From: Azolla caroliniana
Taxonomy: Eukaryota; Plantae; Polypodiophyta
DNA length: 64,000 bases
Assembly (NCBI GenBank): GCA_043228905.1
Contig: JBHGNT010000018.1
Span: 13,082,001-13,146,000, forward strand
Reading direction: 5' to 3'
Made by a program: the position numbers and the translations under genes. The notes under the pieces were generated by a model. It was not told where the DNA came from. It did not search any database and saw only the letters and a program-made list of their open reading frames with translations. Each line of letters begins with the position of its first letter. The first letter of the stretch is position 1. This document shows, piece after piece, positions 14,300 through 24,769 of the stretch.

Positions 14300-15093
14300 G
14301 GTCTAGATAGGGCTCTTTAAGTTATGTGCTTAGGCTAAGGCAAAAAACTAATAAGCTCCTCTCTAAACATATACTCCTCTCTAAACAAAAGCTCCCTCAA
14401 TATAATGTCTATATTATTTAATATTATATTAATACAATACATAAAAAATATTATTTTTAATATAGTAATTGTATTTAAAATATCAATAATTATTTAAACT
14501 AGGTCTATATGAAGTTAAATAAAGTATAATATAATTCCAATCATTACCAAGCCATAAATATGTTGGATTAAAGTTAAAATCATTGGCTAATTAATGGCAC
14601 CCATATTTGATATAGAACTTCTCAGTCATTGGTTCATTAATGCTCACCATTTTAAATATTAGACTTATCAATCATTGGTTCATTCATGCCCACATCTTTA
14701 ATACACAGCAATTGAGAGTCATAAAAATGTTGCTTTCAGTAATCAATCATTGGTTCATTCATGAACCTCTATCATTGTGTACTTCATGACCTTTAAAGTC
14801 ATTGTAAGTTATTGTGACTATAAAAGATTCATCAATATGTTAGTTTGACTTTGTAATCATTAATGCAATCATAAGTTACTCTAGTTAATGTGACTATGGT
14901 TACTAACTAACTAACCTCAAGCTTACCAACCCTGGTTCAGGTGACTGTGGTTACTTTAACCACTGTGGTCAATCCCTATAAATAGGAAGACCTCGTCATA
15001 TTTCACTCACAAGAGCACACAAGAGCATACAAGAGCACACAGAGCACGAAGCACGAAAGTGCGATCTCCGCCTCAACTTCGACAAGATAAACC
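14300..15093. promoter_or_regulatory. Putative bidirectional promoter between transposase and ParB-MTase gene
   Basis: AT-rich; repeated cattgg(t/c)t (inverted CCAAT) at ~14581, 14627, 14673, 14748; ccctataaatagg TATA at ~14974, about 115 nt upstream of ATG 15094. Confidence 0.5.
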
Positions 15094-18000
15094 ATGTCTT
15101 CAAAGAGAATTGAGCGCGAGGACTCCAGGTAGGCCTCTAACACTATGGACATTTTTGTAAATATGTTTCGTCACTCAAGAACTCGATACGCCGTATCGAG
15201 TTCCTATATAAAATACAAACTTTATATAGGAACTCAATACGGCGTATCGGGTTTCTGTTTGAAGATTAGGTTTTATACAGGAACTCGATACGGCGTATCG
15301 AGTTCCTGTTTAAAGTTTAGGTTTTAAACAAGAACTCGATACGGCGTATCGAGTTCCTTTGTGTTCTTTGCTTTTTACACAGGAACTCGATACGCCGTAT
15401 CGAGTTCCTCTATTCTCTTTGATTTTTATATAGGAACTCGATACAGCGTATCTATTTCCTGTACAATATTTGTGTTTAAAACAGGAATTCGATACAGCGT
15501 ATCGAGTTCATGTTTGCGTTTTAAACAGGAACTCCATATGGCGTATCGAGTTCCTGTATAAAAGAACACCCTGAAAGAGGAATATTGTGTTTTTGGGGCA
15601 ACAATTTAGTATTGTGAGAAAAGATATCAAACTGTCTTTCAAAATCAGTCTTTTTTATGTCGACTTGCCTTACTTTTTTAAACAAAGGGGCCTTAATTAT
15701 AGGGGTTTTATGACCTACTATAGCTTAAAATAGTAGAAAATAACCCACAAATTATCTTTACGATACCAATCTCAAGTCTATCATATGCAAATTATCTACA
15801 ATATGGTTATGGAATCAATATAAGTCATACCGGCCCTTCAAGACAATATATAACCTTGTATACTTATTACAATATATATTTTCTAAGTTGAATAGCCCTT
15901 ACTAGAATAGATTTCTGAATATAGGACTACCATGTACACTGAATGCATGATTGATATTTATAGTTCACCACAAATCGCCTGTTAGTTTATTTCTTCATCT
16001 ACTTATTTGTATTTTAATATACAACCTTAATCTACGTGACCATCTAACTTATGTTTTCGCATGTCCTTTCTTAAATAGGTCGTTTGAGAACTTGTCGGAC
16101 CGACCTGTGAAGAAAATAAAAGCTCTGCATACAGGGTTCTCCAATTGAAACACAGACCCTAGTAGCTCCCGAGTCCATGAATAGAGGAAAAAAGCTTCTC
16201 TTCAACGAGGAGTCAAAATCTCAAACACACATTGAGGTTAGCCAAAACAAACTTGTAGCAGCTACTGGAGGTGAAGACCTTCCTGACCATGATCTAACGG
16301 ACAAGGAATGGTGTATGCAATACGTCGACTCAAAGAAAAAAGTCGTATTGTATACAACAAAGAAGAAGGGGCAGGGGCAGCTTGGAAAGGAAACCCCATT
16401 TATGTATGGCCGTATTCTACGATTTGACTATGAAGATGCAGATTCGGCCAACATACTTGTAATGATAGAGTGCTCCAAGGGGGTACGTAAAGTGTTCCTT
16501 TCAGAAGATCTTCTAGTAAAGGAATCTTGTGGGCTAGATTCGTTCAAAAAAGATCTTGAAAGCTCACAAAACCTTATTGTCACCTTGAGGCCTTATATAC
16601 AAGGCCACGTAACTCTAAGGGAGGAAGTGCCCTCCCCAGTGAAGGTCACAAAAAGGGTATCTAAAGTACAATCAAGATCACCAAAGAAGAAGACAACCAA
16701 AATGTCGAACTCCGATTCAACAAGTGAAAATGAAGAGGAGGACACTAAGGGGACGCCAGGAGCTGAGCTGGCATCAGGTGTGTTGTCATCTGAGCAGAAT
16801 AAGATAAGGAGAGAGTTAATGCAACGTAAACTAGTCAGGAAAGGGCAAGTGTTTAATTTTCCTATAACATACATCCATCGGCCCCCTATTGATGAAAAAA
16901 CAGGTCGAAGACCACTTGAGATTAGAGAGCCACACCGCATGCATGTTCAAAATCTCAAGAAAAAAATGAAAATTAATCCTCATGCCATTGTGGTGCCTTT
17001 TATTGTTATGGTAGATCCTGAAGAATGTGAAACCATTGAAGATTTTGATATTAGAAAGCATGATCAATATAATTACTTTGTCATTGGCGGATCGCATTCA
17101 GCGGAGGCACGTCGGCAACTTGTGAGAGAACATCCAACCACTTTCTTCTTCAAGTATGCCGAGTGCAAAATTTACGTGGGGCTCACAATTGAAGAGGCAA
17201 AGTTGTTGGCATGGAACCATAATAATGATAATGACTATAGGCAGAAAATGTCGTCGATTGAGGGTATAAGGTTCTTCCACCACGAGTATTTGGACGTGAA
17301 ACAAAAGTTTGGTGTGAAGCTACATCTAGGTCTATGACGTCAATGTCTGCATGAAGTCGGTATTGTGGTAGATGATCATGTTAAGTTCGATGGTCTTCGA
17401 AAATATGAGTCTTGGTTTCAACTGGCCTTTAGAGATGGAGAAGTATGGGACCTACAGGATCAAATCTTCTCAATGTGGGAGAATAAGGAGGTAAAGGGTC
17501 AACGACAAAAGAAATGTAAGGTTGACCCTCAACTAGAGTTAAAGTCATAAGCGGCCAAGAAAATTGACTTGACAATTGAAGAAGCGGTTGATGACATGAA
17601 GTTGTCTCTATGGAGAGCGATGCAAGGTATTAAGGACAAGCAACTTCTTGTGTCTGTTTTGTCAAGGGTTGTGGCGAAAGATTTAAGCCTTGAAGAAATG
17701 GTCACTGAGTTCAATAAGTAAGTCTTTCAAATACTGATTTTGAAGTCTATATGGTGTAATTCAAAGTTCTAATCTTTATTTCTAATCTTACAGTCATAAG
17801 GTGTACATGAAGATCCAAGAAGTTATGATGAAACAACTTGGATGTATAACTTGAGAACAAGTGACCGAGGATTATCCTCTAACGTCTTCATATAAGGCAT
17901 TATCGGAGTATTTTATTGCATTCAAGGATTGGGTTAGTATTGGTGGTTTTTCATTACGCTTTCATCATATGTAGAGCTTGTGTAATAATACTTGATGTCC

Positions 18001-19307
18001 TATTGCTTCTATTAGAAACCATGTCATGGCAAGAAACAAGGAGAAGTTAAGGATATACATGATTTCCCTACATCCTTCCTTGCACATCTCGAGCGAGCCA
18101 GAAAAGAAAAGGATCGTCACTTAGTCAATGCGTACGAAATGGAGGAAGATGGCTCCTTTAAAAAACTTAGCCACAAAAAAGATATTACGAGAGATCTTTA
18201 CTACAATGTGGTTTGCGGCGATGTCGTCGACTTGATCCAAAAAGTGCCAAAGAAGGAATATACGCTAATGATTGCAGATATTCCTTACGGATTTCAAATG
18301 GCTGGGTCATCATACGACGATGAACCGTTTGGGTTTAAACAGTTGGAGAAGATGGTCAAGGATTTCGCTGAGTTAACGACTGCATCCTTGTGGCGAATAG
18401 TTGTCTTTCATAGTATGGACCAAGGGTACTTGGTAGCTCAAGCTTTGAGATCTCATTGCCATGGCATCGAGAACCTTGCATGGTAAGGATTATTTATAGG
18501 TGTCATTCATTATATTGCATTTCTTAAGGTTGTTCAAACTATTCTTAACTCGATGTATTATTTTTTATAGGATAAAAACCAATGTAAATAGAGGGCCAAC
18601 TTTTTGGTTGGGTTAATGCCATTGAATACATCACAGTTGGCTACTTCGATGAAATTAAGAAACAAAAAATCAAGGAGCATTCTAATGAAGTGGGAGGTTC
18701 AAATCTGCTAGTATATCCAGCAGTGACACGGAAATTGCGACATGTCACCACGACAGAACGGGGACTTGTCAACCCATATCAAAAACCTCAGTGACTTATG
18801 ATACGCTTGATCGAGATGTTTTCTATCGAAGGAGACTGGATATTACATCTCTTTTTTGGCACAGGTATTCCTCGAACTAGGGTAACGATCTTGAGATAAC
18901 CAATATCAAATCTTTTTTGTTTGACAACTAATTCTTCTTGTTACTTTCTTCACAGGAACGATGTCTGCATGTGCATTGAAGCTCTTTAGAAATACAGTTG
19001 CATTGGAGAGGATGAGGAGCAGGTTATATTTATAAATATGAGGATTAAGGCTTTGTGGGAGTGCCCAAACCAGGATGAGGAGGTCGGTGCAAAGAACCTT
19101 GCTAATACAGAAAGGTTTCAACCTGCTTCGCGAGAGCCTATTCCTCCGTTAGCTGGCGAACCGGGGGAGCTAATAGAGCTTGATGATGAGCTTATAGAAG
19201 ATATTTCGTTGGCTCGGCTAACAGGGGAAGCCAATGCACGTATAGCTGAAGAGAGTTCTACACAAGATGATGAAGAAAATGGCATTGATGAATTGATTGC
19301 TATGTAA
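15094..19307 (+). pseudogene. Spliced ParB/Srx-like domain plus beta-class N6-adenine/N4-cytosine DNA methyltransferase fusion. Exons ~15094-15128, 16079-17717, 17794-17932, 18016-18482, 18571-18864, 18956-19307
   Basis: GT-AG introns. ParB-like PFIV...YFVIGGSHSAEARRQL...IYVGLTIEEAKLLAWNHN. MTase GDVVDLI..LMIADIPYG (18277-18288), WIKTN, NPYQKP, GDWILHLFFGT/GTMSACA..RNTVALE. Several stops and frameshifts. Confidence 0.85.
15175..15557. repeat. Array of eight 33-bp palindromes (ACAGGAACTCGATACG-N-CGTATCGAGTTCCTGT) at 51-bp period in intron 1
   Basis: Centres at 15191, 15242, 15293, 15344, 15395, 15446, 15497 and 15541; 18-bp variable AT-rich spacers (last one shorter). Confidence 0.95.
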
Positions 19308-19710
19308 TAAACTCTATGAAGAAAATGACACTGACGATTTGTTTGGATTTCACATTATTAATACAAATTTTGGGTTTTACTTGGTGGATTCTATTCTTTA
19401 TAATCGTCTATATGTTTCAATTTTTTTTTATATACTTGGTTAGTAGACTTATGACATTGGTTTCACTAGGTGCATAGCTGACTACCAAATTTATGGAGAA
19501 ACATGAATTAGTTTAAATTGAGGCTGATTTTGGTTCAAGCTAACCTTAACATAACATGGTCGTACAATTGTTGCCATGACTGTCCATGTTGTTATTATGG
19601 ATCTTTGTCTTCTATTGTTAAAACTATTATGTTTCTATTCCATTGCTGCTTAGATTGTGTAGTGTGTTGATAATGGTTCCACTAGCGTTATCCGCATGTT
19701 TGTATATGCT

Positions 19711-20155
19711 TGTAGTTCCACTTGCGTTATCGTTCGGAGTTTGATCCTGTGTGAATCACCTAAGCAATAGAGTAGATCAATTTTAAATACAGGTATGAAA
19801 GCCTTAATAGGTTTGTTATTTCCACGACATTATCCTAAAGTTCATTGCCTTGTAGTTCCACTTGCGTTATCGTTCGGAGTTTGATCCTGTGTGAATCACC
19901 TAAGCAATAGAGTAGATCAATTTTAAATACAGGTATGAAAGCCTTAATAGGTTTGTTATTTCCACGACATTATCCTAAAGTTCATTGCCTTACATTGTCC
20001 ACAATTATATACATATGGTTTGATCCCATATGAACAAACTGAGGAATAGATTAGATCAACTTTAAATACAAGTATTGAATACTTTAATAAGTTAGTTATT
20101 CCAATCACATTATCCTAAAGTGCACTATCCTACATTGTCCACAATTATATACATG
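19711..20155. repeat. 140-bp tandem repeat in the 3' part of element E (two identical-looking copies plus diverged copies)
   Basis: tgtagttccacttgcg at 19711 and 19851; tacattgtccacaatt at 19991 and 20131. Confidence 0.85.
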
Positions 20156-20495
20156 CACGTATGGGTCAAAGTATAAATTATAACTCATTTTTGTAAAACT
20201 TACCAAATTCATATAAGCCTTTAACTTAGTGTTTCCCTTGTCGCACATTAGTGACATATTGAGCCATTGTTGAACTTTATTATGCCTACATTAACTTATC
20301 AACACGTCCAAACTTGCATGATTTGTAATGATCTCCGCTTGTAGACCTATCATGTATTTTTATATTTGCAAATTCTAATCAAGTTGAGGAACATGTGATA
20401 CCAGTGCATCCAATTTTTGTAGAGGGGGGTGTATTTGCTTCGTTTCAAGAAGATTCTACAAGTGGAATGCGCAATCCTTCCACTTGTGAACGTGA

Positions 20496-20753
20496 ACTCC
20501 TTCCAAATTGTATCTATCTGAGTGTGAACTTGTTAATAAGTTAGGGCTTAGTATATAAGCGAATACCTAACATTGTAATGAGTAATGACGAGAAGAGTAT
20601 TGTATCTCTAAGCGACAACGAAGTAATAAGAAGCTTTCCATTAAAGCTCGATTGACTATCTAAGTCTCGATTCACTGTATTTTCTGTGTGTTGTTTTTTG
20701 TGCATAAGCGAACAGGTCCGCAAACGTATACATAGATATACATAGTTCCAACA
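20496..20753 (+). repeat. Distal part of the 3' LTR of Copia D
   Basis: Near-identical to ~6366-6637; followed by TSD ACTTG. Confidence 0.92.
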
Positions 20754-20758
20754 ACTTG

Positions 20759-22167
20759 AGCCAGTTAGAATCCGGAGAGGCAAGTGACGGAATCTGAGAC
20801 GAACTACCAGACACACAGTTGTTTAGGGTGACAACGGAAGACACGGTGGACAGGACGGTCGTTGAGGAGGACAAATGGTTGACAAATATGCATCACTTCC
20901 TCAGCAGCGGACTGCCTCGGGAAGAGTTAAACCGAGACGAGCAAAAACAGTTGGCGGTACAAAGCTGACACTTCTATTTATTGTAGGATACATTGTACCA
21001 CAAGGGAGCGGATGGTATATGGTGAAAAGCGGTCCAGAGCGACGAAAAGGATAAATTTACGGGAAGCTCACTGTGGAGTCGCCGGAGGACACTATGCTAG
21101 AGACGCAACGGCAAGGAAGATATGGTGAAGTGGATTATGGCGTCCTACAACACTGAAGGACTCGATGCGGTATGCAAAGGAATGCGACTTATGTCAATGA
21201 ATGGCCAACTGATAGAGCAAGAGAGCATGCCGCATCTGCCAGTGTTACCATTGGAGCCGTTTCAAAAATGGGGATTGTACTTCATCGGACCCTTCAAGCC
21301 TCCGGCAATGAGGACCAGAAACTAGTATATTATTGTTGCAACAAACTATTACACGAAGTGGGTTGAAGCAAAGGCACTCTGGGACAATACCGCGGCATCA
21401 ACGACGAAGTTCCTATATGAGTACATCTAGTGCCATTACGGATGTCCGATTGAACTGATCAGTAATCAAGGCGGACACTTCCTCGGACAAGTGGTGGAGA
21501 GCTTAACGTCATTTTATGCGGTGCTGCACAAATGGAGTACACCATATTATCCGCAAGCCAACGTATTGATTGAATCCACCAACAAGACCTTGCAGAACAT
21601 CCTCCGAAAAATCGTTAATGAAAACCGGACCGACTGGGACACGAAGCTGCAGACTGCGCTATGAGCTTACCGGACTTCTTACAAGACAAGTCTTCGGACA
21701 ACATCGTTCGGTTAGCTTTCGGATTGGAAGCGGTAATGCCGATGGAGTTTCAAATTCCAAGTTTGCGGATTCAAGTCTGGGAAAGGTTACGTGAGAAGGA
21801 ATCGGAAAAAATATGGCTAGAGACATTGTGCGAACTAGAAGAGCACCGAATAGCTAGCGTTCTGCAGTTAGAACTCGAGCAACGTCGACGGAAAACGTTC
21901 GTCGACCGGCACCAAAAGGGAAATGAGAAAATGTTCGGAATCAACAAGCCGGTTCTGGTATTTCAGACCCGGATGGGCAAGATGCCAGGAAAGTTACGGT
22001 TCTGGTGGACTAGATCGTACTGGATAACGCGTGAGTTCAAAGGGTCGTATCAGCTAGGAATGCTGGCCGGCGAAATCTTAGAGAAATGGGTAAACGGTTT
22101 CCGACTGAAACCGTATTACGGACCAATGCCGCGGAACCCGTTCAAACAACCGGAGGACGGAGCATGA
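20759..22167 (+). pseudogene. Gypsy C integrase (no chromodomain)
   Basis: HHCC-type region, [51 protein letters not shown]. Confidence 0.9.
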
Positions 22168-22919
22168 GCAGGAAGCGGTATTCGGATAGCCAACAACCAA
22201 GAGGAACCTACCATGGATCCGGTGTTGCCGGATACGATGGAAAAGGAATAACATCTGTTCTCAAAAAAAAGAAAAAAGGATAGCCATCATGCAGGGGCGA
22301 GGAGTAAATATGTGGCGAATGCATGAGAGAGGGAAAAAATAAGAAGAGAAAAGAGTGGTAGTAAAAATGAAAGGACACCACGAAGCGGCGTGACATCAGG
22401 CATTTAAAGCGCACCACGCGACGTACAACTTCTATAATAGTACACGACGTGCAGGCGCAAGAATCAAGAAAAGGAGGCAAAGATGGGAACACAAAACATC
22501 CGTGTTACAAAGTCTCTCTCATTTCATGAACACAGAGCCCTTAGTACACAGAAGTGGATACAGGTAATCAGGCGAACGCAAGAAGCTACCATAGGCACCC
22601 CAAAGCTTACTGCCACCAAAGAAGCAGACACCACACTAGAGCCCATGGCGCTCTCCGAGATTCCCAAGAAACGGTTTCCACAACATAGATTGGAGGGTTT
22701 TCTCCGGATAGCACAAGCACCTTCCCACGACGAATCGGAAAAGGTCACAAAGAAGATCGACCTGGAGGAAATAACATAGGAGGCTATCCGTGCCTTAATC
22801 GGATTGCCGAAGGGAGGAATCTACTCTATTGAGAATCCTTCCCCAAAGACGTTGATGAAGTTCTTCAGCGAGTACTCCCTCACCAGCAAAGCGTACTAGA
22901 CACAAGGCGGTGATGACGC

Positions 22920-24559
22920 TGCCGTGCCTTTCGGCGCTAGATCGTTGTGTGAGTCGGGTGGGAACCATTGGGGTTTTGGACTAGGAGAAAGAAGAATATG
23001 AGATAAGGCTAGTAATGAATAGGTAAGTTATGAATCTCGTGAATCCCATGAGTTTAGTGTATTTAATCAATATTTAGATAGTAAGAGAATCCCACGAATA
23101 TATTATATTAATTGGTGTTTTAGCAAATATATCTAATTTCCCAAATATTTTACACACCCCCCCTTACATTGTGCTCCCCATTCTTATGTAGTGATAAGGG
23201 AGTCTTAGTAATCCATGCTTTTCCTCTAACTATAGACTCCATGCTTTTCCTATAGATAGACTATATGCTTTATCTAAAGTGATCATGCTTTTTCTAACTT
23301 GTGCGTTTTTTATCGACTATAGCGTTCATGCACGCTACATGTGCATGCGTAGCTTTTTCTTTTAGCATGCGTTTTTCTTTTAACTAAAGTTTATCCTAGG
23401 TGAACTTACCTTTCTATGTGGGACATCTACTTTTTAACACTAATGAAATGCTAGTGTAATGGTAAGGTTTTACATTATTAACATGGAGGTGCAAGGTTCG
23501 AATCTTGCCTTATGCATGTATTCCTTATTTTGACATTTTCTTCTATTTCTTCATATTTACTAAAACATTACTTTATAAGTTTTTCATGTAGTGTACGAAA
23601 TACACTACGACACTCGCCCCCTCTGAACCTGCACATCCTCCGGTATGTACCGAAGTTGTCGGTGATTGTTAGTCTCGTCCGTCCGTTCTCCGCCCGATTG
23701 GTTTCATCGCCGGTCGTGTTTGGTTGTCGGCCCCGTTTAGTCGCCGGTTTTTGGTTGTCGGCTCTGCTCGGTGTCGTAGTGTATTTCGTACACTACGTGA
23801 AAAAGTAAAAATAATATAACCGATTTAATTACATATAAATAAATAAAATAATATATCAAGATATTTATCACGTGCATAAGGCAAGATTCGAACCTTGTAC
23901 CTCCACGTAGCCAAACCTCAACTTTACCATTATGCTACCTTATCTTTAGTGATCTATAAATAGATTTAATAACTATAAGTGCTTTATTTGCGCCTACCTT
24001 TATTAAAAGGTAAATCGTGCATTTTTAGAGTGCGTGAATATTTTATAGAAAAACGCAAGCAACTAAAAAGTGACTCATGCACATCTAGCGTGCATGAGCA
24101 CTATATTTAGCAAATAAAAGCAAGGATTAGAAAAGCATCACATGCACATTTAGTGTGCATGAACATATTAGAAAAAAAGCATGTAGCTATGCTTAGTCTC
24201 TCCCATCACTACATAAGGATGGGGAGCACAATGTAATAGGTGTGTGAAATATTTGGAAATTGGATATATTTCCGAAAACACCAACCGATTAATATAATCG
24301 TGGGATTCACGAAAATAATATAATCTATACTTGTGGGATTCACAAGTTTCTTATATTTTTCTTTCAATCTAAATACATATTCTTATCTAAATATTGATTA
24401 ATCAAATAAAATACACTCGTGGGATTCACGAAATTTCTATCTCTCTTTCTAATAATCTATTCATTACTAGCCTCATCTCATATTCTTCTTTCTCCTAGTC
24501 CAAAACCCCGGTGGTTCCCACCCGACTCACGCAACGATCCGGAGCCGAAAGGCACGACA
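22920..24559. repeat. Fold-back LTR: arm 22920-23613, loop 23614-23770, inverted arm 23771-24559
   Basis: cgtgcctttcggc..gatcgttg.gtgagtcgggtgggaacca vs tggttcccacccgactcacgcaacgatc..gccgaaaggcacg; inner ends gtagtgtacgaaatacactacgacac vs gtgtcgtagtgtatttcgtacactac. Confidence 0.9.
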
Positions 24560-24769
24560 TCGGTTTCCAGTTCTGTTCGGTTGCTGGCTTTGTCCGGTCT
24601 CCGGTTACAGGCCCTCGTAATTCTTCGTTACTTGTTGTACCCTCCATTTCTCTCACTATGTCAGCTTTGTCTCTCCATTTTGAGCACATCCATTCTTTCC
24701 ACCTGAACCATTCTCGCTATCCGATCCACCATATTCTTTGTTCTCTCTTTGCATTGCCATGGCCGGTTT

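Larger units (their letters stand above)
11140..20495. mobile_element. Element E: ~9.36-kb TIR DNA transposon (Sola-like transposase) carrying a ParB-DNA methyltransferase gene
   Basis: ~30-bp imperfect TIRs (gttcgcgttcacaagtggaaggatcacgcat at 11144; atgcgcaatccttccacttgtgaacgtgaac ending 20497); interrupts D's 3' LTR with ACTCCTTCCAAA duplicated (11128-11139, 20496-20507). Confidence 0.9.
6348..20753 (+). mobile_element. Element D: Ty1/Copia retrotransposon inserted between RH and INT of C; 5-bp TSD ACTTG
   Basis: ACTTG at 6343-6347 and 20754-20758; 5' LTR 6348-6637; tRNA-Met-like PBS tggtatccga at 6640; PPT gggggag at 11101; 3' LTR split into 11110-11139 and 20496-20753. Confidence 0.93.

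Noticed and set aside
15175-15557. True CRISPR array
   Set aside because: Spacers are only 18 bp, AT-rich and partly similar to each other; there are no cas genes; the array lies in a spliceosomal intron of a eukaryotic transposon.
15094-19307. Bacterial contamination as the source of the methyltransferase
   Set aside because: The gene has GT-AG introns splitting conserved motifs, lies inside TIRs nested in a plant Copia LTR, and shows the same C>T decay as its neighbours.
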